Positions 26,813-36,500 of a DNA stretch of 64,000 nt are shown here, one piece after another. Below the pieces are notes generated by a model that was not told the DNA's origin, searched no databases, and saw only the letters and a list, made by a program, of their open reading frames with translations. Within the stretch, counting starts at the first letter, position 1, and each line of letters begins with the position of its first letter. The stretch lies in the NCBI GenBank assembly GCA_033852415.1, contig JAWOMQ010000175.1:2362-66361 (forward strand), written 5' to 3'. This DNA is from Bacteroidota bacterium. Lineage in GTDB: Bacteria; Bacteroidota; Ignavibacteria; UBA10030; SZUA-254. Made by a program: the position numbers and the translations under genes.

Positions 26813-27823
26813 TTGAAGGATACTGTCGCAAAGCCGATTATGAAGGACGCGTTCGGTCGGACGATTTCAAACCTGCGGATCTCCGTAACGGACCGCTGCA
26901 ATTTCCGCTGCAGGTACTGCATGCCTGAGAATGGAATGGTCTGGCTCCGGCGGGACGACCTTCTCACTTTCGAGGAAATAACACGAGTAGCCCGCCTCTT
27001 CGTTGAGCTTGGTGTGGCAAGATTCAGGCTGACCGGAGGTGAACCGCTCATGCGCCACGAACTCTGGAAGCTCGTCGGCCAGCTGCGTCAGATTGAAGGA
27101 TTGGAAGATCTTGCCCTTACGACGAACGGTTATTTTCTTGAGGAGCAGGCGGAATCGCTGGTCCGGGCAGGGCTGAACCGGATCAACGTCAGCATGGATT
27201 CGCTTGACAGTGCCGTGTTTTCAACGATGGTCAGGCGCGATTATCTTGCGAAAGTGCAGCGTGGCCTGGAGAAGATCGATCGGCTCGGCATCCATCCCGT
27301 CAAAATTAACGCCGTTCTGATCCGCGGCATCAACGACGGGGAAATAGGAAGGTTTGTGGAACTCGCCAGGCAGAATTCATATGTCGTACGGTTCATCGAA
27401 TTCATGCCGCTGGGAGCCGAGGACGGGTGGACACCCGAGCAGGTTGTCCCGACGAAGGAAATTCTCCAGCGGATCGGCGAAATGAATTTGCCCCGCCTCC
27501 AGCCGCTGGAAACACATGGCATTCAGCCGGCCGACCGCTACCGCTTTGAAGATGGAAAAGGTGAAATTGGTTTTATCAGTTCAGTCAGCGAACCGTTCTG
27601 TTCCTCGTGTAACAGGGTGCGGATCACATCGGAAGGAAATCTGCGTACGTGTCTCTTTTCGCTCCACGAGACCGACTTGCGGTCACTTCTGCGCGGCACG
27701 GCTTCGGATGAGGAAATAAAACAAACAATTGTCTCCGCAGTATGGAAAAAGGAGGAAGGGCACCTGATCAACAGGCCTGGGTTCGTCCGCCCTGAACGAA
27801 CAATGAGCCAGATCGGGGGCTAA
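26813..27823 (+). CDS. moaA: GTP 3',8-cyclase MoaA (radical SAM)
   Basis: RISVTDRCNFRCRYCMPE radical-SAM cluster motif. C-terminal SSCNRVRITSEGNLRTCLF auxiliary cluster. Confidence 0.9.
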   Translation: MKDTVAKPIMKDAFGRTISNLRISVTDRCNFRCRYCMPENGMVWLRRDDLLTFEEITRVARLFVELGVARFRLTGGEPLMRHELWKLVGQLRQIEGLEDLALTTNGYFLEEQAESLVRAGLNRINVSMDSLDSAVFSTMVRRDYLAKVQRGLEKIDRLGIHPVKINAVLIRGINDGEIGRFVELARQNSYVVRFIEFMPLGAEDGWTPEQVVPTKEILQRIGEMNLPRLQPLETHGIQPADRYRFEDGKGEIGFISSVSEPFCSSCNRVRITSEGNLRTCLFSLHETDLRSLLRGTASDEEIKQTIVSAVWKKEEGHLINRPGFVRPERTMSQIGG

Positions 27824-27963
27824 TCACCATCACTGTTCTCGTCGTTTGTTGACCCATATCATATTAATCCTCCTTAACGGAAATTCATTAAACGTTCCCA
27901 TCTGCTCCATTGTCTATCATGCAGAAACTAATAACGCTGTCAAATAACAATGGAAGGGATAGG

Positions 27964-28290
27964 ATGAAACGGATATTGCTTTTTGCAGCAGTTCTGATGT
28001 TGTGCGCGTCCTCGATGAGAGTATCGGCGCAAACTCAAACGCCTGTCATCAATAAGCGCCAGGTGCATCAACAGGAGCGAATAAAGGAGGGGGTTAAAAG
28101 CGGTCAGTTGACGCATCGAGAAGCGAGGCGGCTGGAAGCGAAGCAGCGAAAAATTCAGGCGGATAAGATGATCGCTAAGGCAGATGGCAAGGTTACACCG
28201 GCTGAACGACGCCACATTAAAAGAGAGCAAAACCGTGCGAGCCGGCATATTTATCGCGCCAAGCATAACTCGCTTAAGCGTAAAGCATAA
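27964..28290 (+). CDS. small basic periplasmic protein with two LTXXQ-like motifs (Spy/CpxP-family-like)
   Basis: Signal peptide MKRILLFAAVLMLCASSMRVSAQ. QLTHREARRLEAKQ and KVTPAERRHIKREQ resemble the paired LTxxQ motifs. Confidence 0.45.
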   Translation: MKRILLFAAVLMLCASSMRVSAQTQTPVINKRQVHQQERIKEGVKSGQLTHREARRLEAKQRKIQADKMIAKADGKVTPAERRHIKREQNRASRHIYRAKHNSLKRKA

Positions 28291-28330
28291 CCACAGGATC
28301 CTGGCTGATTCCTGGTGTGCAGTATTTGAG

Positions 28331-28362
28331 CAAACCCTGTCCGGTTTTGGACGGGGTTTGCA
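28331..28362 (+). terminator. terminator-like hairpin after the LTXXQ-like gene
   Basis: 12-bp stem CAAACCCTGTCC / GGACGGGGTTTG (one G-U pair) with loop GGTTTT. The tail is only weakly U-rich. Confidence 0.35.
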
Positions 28363-28494
28363 ATTTATGACCGTCCCCAAGACCCCACTAACGCTCTTCT
28401 CGGGGTGCTATTAAACCGCTGAGATGGACTTAGCTTTCTCCTCCTCACTCGATTTGCATTTTGGCCCCGTCCATTGTAATTTGAAACAAAAAAT

Positions 28495-29454
28495 ATGCGC
28501 GACGTAACCCCAAAATCGAACACATTAAGAACAGCGAGAGCGACTGGAGTGCTTGCTGTAAGCCGAAAGACTATTCAGGCGATTGAGAGTGGGAACGTTC
28601 CCAAAGCCGACCCGCTTGGTGTGGCGAGAATTGCCGGGATACAGGCGGCAAAAAATACCAGCCAGCTCATCCCGTACTGTCACCAGGTTCCCCTCGATTT
28701 CATTGCACTGGAAATCCACCTTCATCCCGGCGAAATCACTATTGAATCTGAAGTGAAAGCTATTTGGAAAACGGGAGTCGAGATGGAAGCGCTCGTTGCC
28801 GTCTCAGCTGCAGCCCTGACTCTTTATGACATGCTCAAGATTATCGATGAGGAGATGGAAATTCGCACGGTCCGCCTCTTGGAGAAGAAAGGCGGAAAGT
28901 CCTCTCTGAAAATTACCGGGGCGGGACTTAATGCCGCTGTGCTCGTCATGAGTGACAGCGTTTCGATGAAGAAGAAGGAAGATACTTCAGGGAAATTGAT
29001 TGTTGAGAAGCTTACTGATTACTCTGCTCATGTTACACTCTACGAAACACTTCCCGATGATCGGCATCTGCTCGAAAAGAAACTGAAAGACCTCTGCGAC
29101 AAGAAGAAGGTCGATCTCATAATAACGACCGGTGGTACGGGTGTCGGTCCGCGTGATGTGACTCCTGAAGCCACGCTTGCAGTGATTGACCGGCGCATCA
29201 TCGGGATCGAAGAGACCCTCCGCTCGTACGGACAGGCGCGAATGCCGATGGCAATGCTTTCCCGCGGTGTGGTCGGAGTCAGGGGAAAAACAGTGATTAT
29301 GAACTTGCCGGGCTCACGCGGAGGCGCCGAAGACGGTATGCATGCTGTTTTTCCAGCGCTCTTCCATTCATTCAGGATGATGAAGGGGGAGGGGCACGAT
29401 GGTGGAGGACTCAAGGGCAAAAAGGATAAGGGAAAAGGTAGAAGTAGAAAATAA
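28495..29454 (+). CDS. moaC: bifunctional MoaC (cyclic pyranopterin monophosphate synthase) - MogA/MoaB (molybdopterin adenylyltransferase) fusion
   Basis: The N-half has IPYCHQVPLDF and LVAVSAAALTLYDM (MoaC). The C-half has DLIITTGGTGVGPRDVTPEA and GSRGGAEDG (MogA/MoaB). Confidence 0.85.
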   Translation: MRDVTPKSNTLRTARATGVLAVSRKTIQAIESGNVPKADPLGVARIAGIQAAKNTSQLIPYCHQVPLDFIALEIHLHPGEITIESEVKAIWKTGVEMEALVAVSAAALTLYDMLKIIDEEMEIRTVRLLEKKGGKSSLKITGAGLNAAVLVMSDSVSMKKKEDTSGKLIVEKLTDYSAHVTLYETLPDDRHLLEKKLKDLCDKKKVDLIITTGGTGVGPRDVTPEATLAVIDRRIIGIEETLRSYGQARMPMAMLSRGVVGVRGKTVIMNLPGSRGGAEDGMHAVFPALFHSFRMMKGEGHDGGGLKGKKDKGKGRSRK

Positions 29455-29456
29455 CC

Positions 29457-30062
29457 ATGGCATTATTTGACAGGAATAGAAAAATAGAAGGCATCAACTC
29501 CTACGGCCGGGAGAAAACTCCGCCGGGCCAGTTTTTTACAGAGAAGTTTCCGGTACTCACGTATGGAGATACGCCCACTATATTGACCGCCGAATGGCGG
29601 TTTCGAGTTTTTGGGGAGGTTGAAGAAGATCTGGTCTGGACATGGGAGGAATTTATGCAGTTCCCACAGTCAACCATTCGTGCTGATTTTCATTGCGTGA
29701 CCAAGTGGAGCCGGTTTGACGATCAATGGACAGGAGTACTCTTTAAAGACCTCATCAAAAAAATTAAGGTTAAACCCTCCGCCAGGTATATTATGCAGCA
29801 TGCTTATGGCGGCTATACGACCAACCTGCCGATTGAAGTCATGCTCAACGAGGATGTCATTTTTGCCCATACATTTAATGGACAGCCACTGCCGCAGAAA
29901 CATGGTGGACCGATGAGGGTCTTTACTCCTTTGCGATACGCGTGGAAGGGAGCCAAATGGGTGAACGGACTGGAATTCATGTCAAAGGACCGACCCGGCT
30001 TTTGGGAGCAAAACGGATACAACACACCTGCCGATCCCTGGAAGGAACAGCGATACGGATAA
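29457..30062 (+). CDS. cytoplasmic sulfite-oxidase-family molybdopterin-binding domain protein (about 200 aa, no signal peptide)
   Basis: DFHCVTKWSRFD contains the Mo-ligand Cys. HGGPMRVFTPLRYAWKGAKWVNGLEF...GFWEQNGYN matches the Oxidored_molyb domain. Begins 3 nt after the moaC-mogA stop. Confidence 0.7.
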   Translation: MALFDRNRKIEGINSYGREKTPPGQFFTEKFPVLTYGDTPTILTAEWRFRVFGEVEEDLVWTWEEFMQFPQSTIRADFHCVTKWSRFDDQWTGVLFKDLIKKIKVKPSARYIMQHAYGGYTTNLPIEVMLNEDVIFAHTFNGQPLPQKHGGPMRVFTPLRYAWKGAKWVNGLEFMSKDRPGFWEQNGYNTPADPWKEQRYG

Positions 30063-30341
30063 GGACAAATCGTTTTCTGGGTTGAACCAACGAGAATAAC
30101 AGCCGGCCAAATTTTGCAATCTAAAAGGGAAAAAATCCTGTGGAGACCCCCCGAAATGCCATCAACGAGATTTGGTGCTGAGAGCCTGTCCTTCTCAATA
30201 GAATATGTGGATTAAGCACGGGAACGGGGGGAAAACAATGACGTAGAGCTACTTGTACTTCTCCAAATTATTTATTAGAATATTTTAAATGAAGATTTCC
30301 CTTCCCATGGTTCCATTTTTTCCTTCAAAACTCTTTAAATC

Positions 30342-31427
30342 ATGTTAATGGAAATCGTCCTCATTTGTATCCTCGTCGCTCTATGCGTTCTCACCATACT
30401 GCTTGTGAGACGCCAGGCGGGTTCTCAGACTTCCACACAAACGTTACTTCTCATCCAGCAGCAGACCGATTCCCTCCGCGGTGAAATCCGCGAGAATCTT
30501 CGTGCTGTCACCGAGAATCTCAATCAGCAGCTAGCAATGGTTTCAACTCAGCTGCAGTCACAAACCCAGAATGTCGGGAGCCGGCTTGATCACGCAGCGA
30601 GAGTTATTGGAGATGTCCAAAAGAACCTCGGTGAACTGGGAAAGGCAACCGAAGAGATAAAGGACCTGGGTGAAAGCGTCTCCAAACTTGACAATCTTTT
30701 GAGAGCTCCGAAGCTTCGGGGCGGTTTAGGCGAATTCCTCCTGGAAGATCTCCTCAGGCAAGTGCTTCCGGCTGAGCATTATACCATGCAATACAGATTC
30801 CGAAATGGAACGATTGTCGATGCGGTCATTCATACGTCTGACCGTCTGACCCCTGTCGACTCAAAGTTTCCTCTCGAGAACTTTAAAAAAATGGTTGAAG
30901 CGGTAGCTGACCCTGACAGACGCTCGGCGCAGCGCGCGTTTGTCGGGGATGTCAGGAAACATATCGACGCGATTGCGGGGAAATATATCCTTCCCGATGA
31001 AGGCACCTTTCCGTTTGCACTCATGTATGTTCCCGCGGAAAATATCTACTATGAAATTATCCTCAACAGGGAAACGACGGGGAACGACGGTTTGTACGCG
31101 TACGCCATGGAACAGCATGTTATTCCTGTTTCACCCAATAGCTTTTACGCCTATCTGCTTGTGATAACACTGGGTCTGCGCGGACTGAAAATTGAAGAGC
31201 GCGCACGGGAGCTCCAGAACACACTCGGCGGCATGCACGCCGATGTTGTGCGTCTGAGAGACGTGTTCGACACCCTTGGAACCCATATCGAGAATGCACG
31301 GAAGAAGTTTGAAGATGTGGATAAACACTTATCGCGCTTTGAAGGAAAGCTCGAAAAAATCAGCGACGGGATCAATCCCCCGTCATCACAGGACACCTCC
31401 GACGAACATGCATTAGTCTCATCGTAA
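30342..31427 (+). CDS. rmuC: DNA recombination protein RmuC
   Basis: N-terminal TM helix, then a long coiled coil. RmuC core PVDSKFPLENF...FALMYVPAENIYYE. Confidence 0.8.
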   Translation: MLMEIVLICILVALCVLTILLVRRQAGSQTSTQTLLLIQQQTDSLRGEIRENLRAVTENLNQQLAMVSTQLQSQTQNVGSRLDHAARVIGDVQKNLGELGKATEEIKDLGESVSKLDNLLRAPKLRGGLGEFLLEDLLRQVLPAEHYTMQYRFRNGTIVDAVIHTSDRLTPVDSKFPLENFKKMVEAVADPDRRSAQRAFVGDVRKHIDAIAGKYILPDEGTFPFALMYVPAENIYYEIILNRETTGNDGLYAYAMEQHVIPVSPNSFYAYLLVITLGLRGLKIEERARELQNTLGGMHADVVRLRDVFDTLGTHIENARKKFEDVDKHLSRFEGKLEKISDGINPPSSQDTSDEHALVSS

Positions 31428-31458
31428 CTGATCATCATTACAGGAAGGAGCGTCGCTT

Positions 31459-32079
31459 ATGTACTTCCAGGTACATCCTCAAAATCCTCAGGGACGACAT
31501 ATTCAAAAAGCCGTTGAAGTTCTGAACAATGGCGGAATTATTATCTATCCGACCGATACCGTTTACGGGATCGGCTGCAGTATCTTTAACAGCAGTGCGA
31601 TTGAACGAATTTATCAATTGAAACGCCAGCAAAAATCCAAGACCTTTAGCTTTATCTGTTCCGATTTGAGCCATATCAGTGAGTATGCCCGGGTCTCGAA
31701 CACCGCATACCGGCTGATGAAGCAATTAATACCCGGACCGTACACCTTTATTCTCCCTGCAAGCCGCCTCAAACAGCTCCCGAAGAGCATGATTTCGAAA
31801 CGCAAGACTGTAGGGATTCGTGTTCCGGATAATAATACGTGCCAGATGCTCGTCAGGGAACTCGGTCATCCGATCCTCAACGCAAGCGTGCTCGATTTAA
31901 CGGGGGACATCATCTCGGACCCTGACACAATCCGGGAGCAGTTCGAAAAGCGTGTCGATCTGATACTTGGAGAGTCGAGCAGCATTCAGGAATTTTCCAC
32001 GATTCTCGATCTTACGGAGGAGCAGCCGATTGTTGTGCGCGAGGGTGCCGGGGATATCAGCATGTTCATTGCTGCCTGA
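31459..32079 (+). CDS. tsaC: L-threonylcarbamoyladenylate synthase TsaC/YrdC
   Basis: IIIYPTDTVYGIGCSIFNSSAIERIYQLKRQQKSKTFSFI is the YrdC/Sua5 signature. Confidence 0.85.
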   Translation: MYFQVHPQNPQGRHIQKAVEVLNNGGIIIYPTDTVYGIGCSIFNSSAIERIYQLKRQQKSKTFSFICSDLSHISEYARVSNTAYRLMKQLIPGPYTFILPASRLKQLPKSMISKRKTVGIRVPDNNTCQMLVRELGHPILNASVLDLTGDIISDPDTIREQFEKRVDLILGESSSIQEFSTILDLTEEQPIVVREGAGDISMFIAA

Positions 32080-32095
32080 CGGGAGCCCACATCGC

Positions 32096-32818
32096 ATGTA
32101 TCTTAAGAGTCGGAAACTCACAGTTCTGGATCAGCAATCGCTGATCCACGGTGCCAAGCTGGACGTTGTGGTTGTCTATGCGGATCTCCGCGATTTTGCC
32201 GAGTGGTCGCTGGCAATGTCTGCCGCCGAGGTCACCAAAATTATCGAAATTGTCTATGACCGCGTTATACAGCTTGCGTTCTTTTACAAGCACACATTCC
32301 ATAAATTCCTCGGCGACGGGTTCGTTCTCATCTGGGAAGTAAACGATCACGGTTCGAGGGCTGAGGCGCTGCACTGGGCGGCCGCCGCAGCATTCGAAAT
32401 TCACAAACGTTACTGGTACATCGCAAAGCGGCTTCACTTCCCCTCGCCGTCCGGATTTGGGATCGCGATATCGATGGGGGAAGTTATCCGGATCGATCCG
32501 GAAACATTTATCCCGGAGATGAATGAGGCCGATTTTGTCGGATACCCGATGAACAGCGGTGCCCGCTTACAGAAGCTGGCAGGGCCCTATGGAACGGTCC
32601 TTGACTCTGCAAGTGTCGAGACCGCGCAACAGTTTCCGGATCGCGTCCTTCGCCAGAAAAATGATATCCTCCGGCTTGAACTGGTGAAACCCAATAACAA
32701 ATCGGTCGCTCTTGCCGACAAATTTACGGGTCTTCATTCGGAGGATGTCTTTGGGTTCCGGTATGTTGTGTGGCCCTATGTAAAAAACGCGCTGTGGCGT
32801 GTCGATGGACGCCCATAA
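32096..32818 (+). CDS. standalone class III nucleotidyl-cyclase homology domain protein
   Basis: VVVYADLRDFAEWS (metal Asp 1), FLGDGFVLIWE (metal Asp 2) and FVGYPMNSGARLQKLA (cf. YTVWGDTVNLAARLE; Asn and Arg retained). No sensor or TM domain. Confidence 0.5.
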   Translation: MYLKSRKLTVLDQQSLIHGAKLDVVVVYADLRDFAEWSLAMSAAEVTKIIEIVYDRVIQLAFFYKHTFHKFLGDGFVLIWEVNDHGSRAEALHWAAAAAFEIHKRYWYIAKRLHFPSPSGFGIAISMGEVIRIDPETFIPEMNEADFVGYPMNSGARLQKLAGPYGTVLDSASVETAQQFPDRVLRQKNDILRLELVKPNNKSVALADKFTGLHSEDVFGFRYVVWPYVKNALWRVDGRP

Positions 32819-33275
32819 CCTCCCGAGCATGCTTCTTTTCCATCCCGCAGCCCGTCTTTCTATCGGGATCTTTAGAAATTTCGGGATGGGAATACTGTTT
32901 GGACTCATTCTTCTCGGGGGATACGCACGTACCGAAGCATTAACCCTGAGATGCTTTGCCGCCCTGATGGTCGTCGGAGTTTCGGTCTCATTTTCCCTGT
33001 GGGGATCATTCCGCGTCTGGTCTTTGACCATCCTGCCGATGCTCGGAAAGCAGAAACGGATTATCGCGGCGCTGACACGGATTCCGTTTTGGGGAATTGC
33101 CGGCGGGCTTGGGTATACAACTGTCCTTCTTTTGCTGAAGAGATTCGACCTTTTCCCGGCACAGGATATCCCCGTACGGAATCTCTTCATCACGGGATGC
33201 CTCATCGGAGCCGGGATCCAGCTCATAAGTGAATGCATTTTTTGGATTATTCTCAAACGCATCGATAAAACATGA
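32805..33275 (+). CDS. small 4-TM membrane protein, hypothetical
   Basis: Four predicted hydrophobic helices. First ATG at 32805 (a GTG sits at 32799). Alternative ATG at 32829. Confidence 0.45.
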   Translation: MDAHNLPSMLLFHPAARLSIGIFRNFGMGILFGLILLGGYARTEALTLRCFAALMVVGVSVSFSLWGSFRVWSLTILPMLGKQKRIIAALTRIPFWGIAGGLGYTTVLLLLKRFDLFPAQDIPVRNLFITGCLIGAGIQLISECIFWIILKRIDKT

Positions 33276-33463
33276 CGAAAGTAGAACAGCACAAACTGAT
33301 CGAACTCTTGCGCGATTACTCGCATAAGATTCGCGGCAGGGACATGGATGAGTTTGAAATGCTGAGAAAGCGCGATAAAGACGACGAAGATCTGGATGAA
33401 ATCTCCCGAAGGAAACTGATGGAGCTCCTTGGGAAGTATGTTCCTGAGCGATTCTGGAAGTGA
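33272..33463 (+). CDS. small acidic protein with duplicated helix motif
   Basis: 63 aa. HKLIELLRDYSHK and RKLMELLGKYVPE are two copies of the same motif. ATGA overlap with the upstream gene. Confidence 0.4.
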   Translation: MTKVEQHKLIELLRDYSHKIRGRDMDEFEMLRKRDKDDEDLDEISRRKLMELLGKYVPERFWK

Positions 33464-33502
33464 ACATTATCTTCGGGTCGGTGCCGTGAATTCTCCCCAG
33501 CC

Positions 33503-36500
33503 ATGCCAATCCTTCTTCAGAAAAATATAACCGGCCCAGTTCTGGATATCCAGACAATACTCGATCAGCGTCTGGCCGAAGGGAATGCGTCATCCTTTCT
33601 CCACATTGTTCCAACCAACAGAAAAGTCCGCGATGCAGAACGGAAATATCTTCGTGCACTTCCGCGGCAAACGGGAGAACGCTTTTTCCTCTTCACGCTC
33701 GAGACTCTTGCCGTCGAACTCCACAATCTGATTGCTCAACCGCGGCGGTTTATCGACGGTCCGTCCCAGGCGGTACTTCTGTCACGCGCAATCAAGAACC
33801 GGGCGCCGGATCTCCGGTATTTTAAACCTCAGCGCGGAACACGGGTTCTCCAGAGCGGGACATTTCAGAAGATCATCAATGTCATAAACAAACTGAAGAA
33901 TGAAGGCGTCTATCCCTCTCTCCTTGCCATCGAACTTGACACGGCAGATGGGGGCGAAAGGGCGAAACTCCACGATCTGCTGACGATCTATGAGGAATAC
34001 GAGCGACTCCTTGGTTCTATGTATGTCGACACAGCCGGTTTTCTCAAAATCGTTAATGAGCAATGGGACGAAACGGCGGGCAAGGCTGTTCGGATGCACT
34101 TTCCCAATGTGGATTTGATTGTCATTTCAGGGTTCGACCGTTTCTCTGATCCTGAATTGACAATGATCGCCAATCTTACAGCCCTTGGCGGTTTCGGTAC
34201 GATCATTTCATTTGACTATTTTCGCGGCAACGATGCTGTGTTTGGCCATCTCGAAATCAATTACAGAAAATTTCTTGAAATCGGATTTGCGCTGGCCGAA
34301 AAAGAAACATTCCGCGGCAGTACGTTTTCCTTCCATTGTGCCCGCTACCTCTTCGCCGAGGATCGCAAATCTCCCGGGCTCGATCTTCGCGACAGGGTTG
34401 TCCTTTACGATGCTCCAACCCGCAAGGGGGAAGTGGAATTAATCGCGAAGATCATAAAACGGATCCACCAGGAAAACCCTGAGACAGTCCTGAGTAAAAT
34501 ATGCGTCGCGATGTTTAAGCCCGACTTATACACGAGCCTGTTTCACGAAGTGTTCAGGGAATACGGTATCCCCGCAAACATCACGGATCGGTTCTCTCTT
34601 GACCAATCGCCGTGCATCACCGCGCTCCTCTCGCTTCTGGCGGTACGTGAAAATAATTTCAGACTTCGGGACGTCATGCGGGCCCTGACAACGCCGTTCT
34701 TCAGCTTTGGAGAAGGGGATCACCGGATCGATGCCGGCAACCTTTATGGAATCGGTACCGGCCTCAGGGTCAGCGCAGGTTATTCCACATGGACAAAGCG
34801 CATAGAGCGACGTCTTGCGGAGATCAAACAGATTCTCGCGACAACCGATGACGAGGTTGAGGCGTGGCGGATGGGCGCAGAGCGGGAAGGCCTCGGCAAG
34901 GCCGCCCGGGATCTCGAAGGTCTCTCATCCTTGCTTGAGCCATTCCGCGAAACGATGCGCCCGGCTGATTTCCGGGATCGCGTGCTGGCGCTTCTCGGGC
35001 ATCTGCATGTCGCGGAAAATATCCTCGCTGCCTCTCATCGTGCTCTCGAGGATGAACAGCGCGAGAAGGATGCCCGGGGTCTGCAAAAGTTTCTTTATTT
35101 TATAGACGAATATCTGGATCTCCTTGAATCGGAAACGGATAATCAAACTCTTCAACCGCTCTCCTATTATCTCGATACATTGCGCACGGCGATTCCTCAA
35201 ATCCTCTATAATATCCGGCAGAAATGGGGATACGGCGTTCAGGTGACGACCCTCGAGGAAACGCGCGGCCTCGAGTTCGACGTGATGATTATTGCAGGAC
35301 TTGTAGATGGAGAATTTCCTCCGGCATATCAGCCCGAAATCTTGTTCAGCCAGGCCCGGCGGGAGCATGCCGAACGATTACACCCTGTCGAACATCGATA
35401 TCTCTTTTACCAGGTTGCGACAAATTTCAAGAAGCGCTTGTTCCTGACCACGCCGAGGCGCGATGCGAACCGTGAACTCGTAGCTTCCACGTACATCGAT
35501 GCACTTGCCTCGGTCGCACGGTTCGAGGACCTGCGCGGATCCACTCCGTCGGAGCTCAGCGAGCCGTTGTTTTCCCGTCAGGAGATGTACCGGCACGCAG
35601 GTGAAATCCTGAGCGTTCGCGGTTCTGAGCTTCCGGATGCAATTCGTGAGGAAATGGTTCGCGATCCCGAAGCAGCCGGAACCATTGGTCATATGCGCGA
35701 AGCGATAGAGGTGGAAAACAGTCGCGAACGGAATGTCGGTCTTCCCGAGTACCGGGGAATTCTCTCCGGAAAATTGTCGCCCGAAGCATCAAGAGCACTC
35801 AAATCGCTGCGGGAAAGGGTCTATTCTGTAACTCAACTGGAATCATACGGAAGGTGTCCGTTTCAGTTTTTTGCGGACAAAGTTCTTCGCCTGAGCTTCA
35901 GAGAAGAACCTGAAGAGGGTATTTCAGGTGCTGAGCGTGGAGGAATAATCCATGAAATACTATTTGAATTCTACACCGAACGGCGCAGCAAAGGTTTACC
36001 CTCTCTGGGTGGTTGCGACGACGCAGATTTTTCCAGCGCAATGGCAGATATGCGGCGGATTGCCGCTGCCAAACTTGACCGCTTCGTTGCTGACGAAGCG
36101 TTCTGGAAAGTAGAGAAGGATCTGATCCTTGGGAGTGACCAACGGAAGGGAATACTTAATGAGTTCCTCGAATTCGAGCGGTCCCGTGAGTATAACCTCC
36201 GCCCGTCGTATTTTGAAGTTGCCTTTGGTTCGAAAGTCGGCAGCAGGAAAATGACGGACCCGAAGATGAACCTTGCAGATCCTGTCAGGGTGGGAAATGT
36301 GCAGTTAAGCGGCAAGGTTGATCGCGTCGATGTAGGAACAGGGACACTGAAAATCATCGATTACAAAACGGGCGCAACGACACTCCGGAAGGATGAGATT
36401 GAATCCGGCATGAGCCTGCAGCTGCCCATCTATCTTTATGTGATTGAAAAGATCCTTGCAGAACAAACCGGCGATAAATTCTCTCCGGCCGCAGCGGCGC

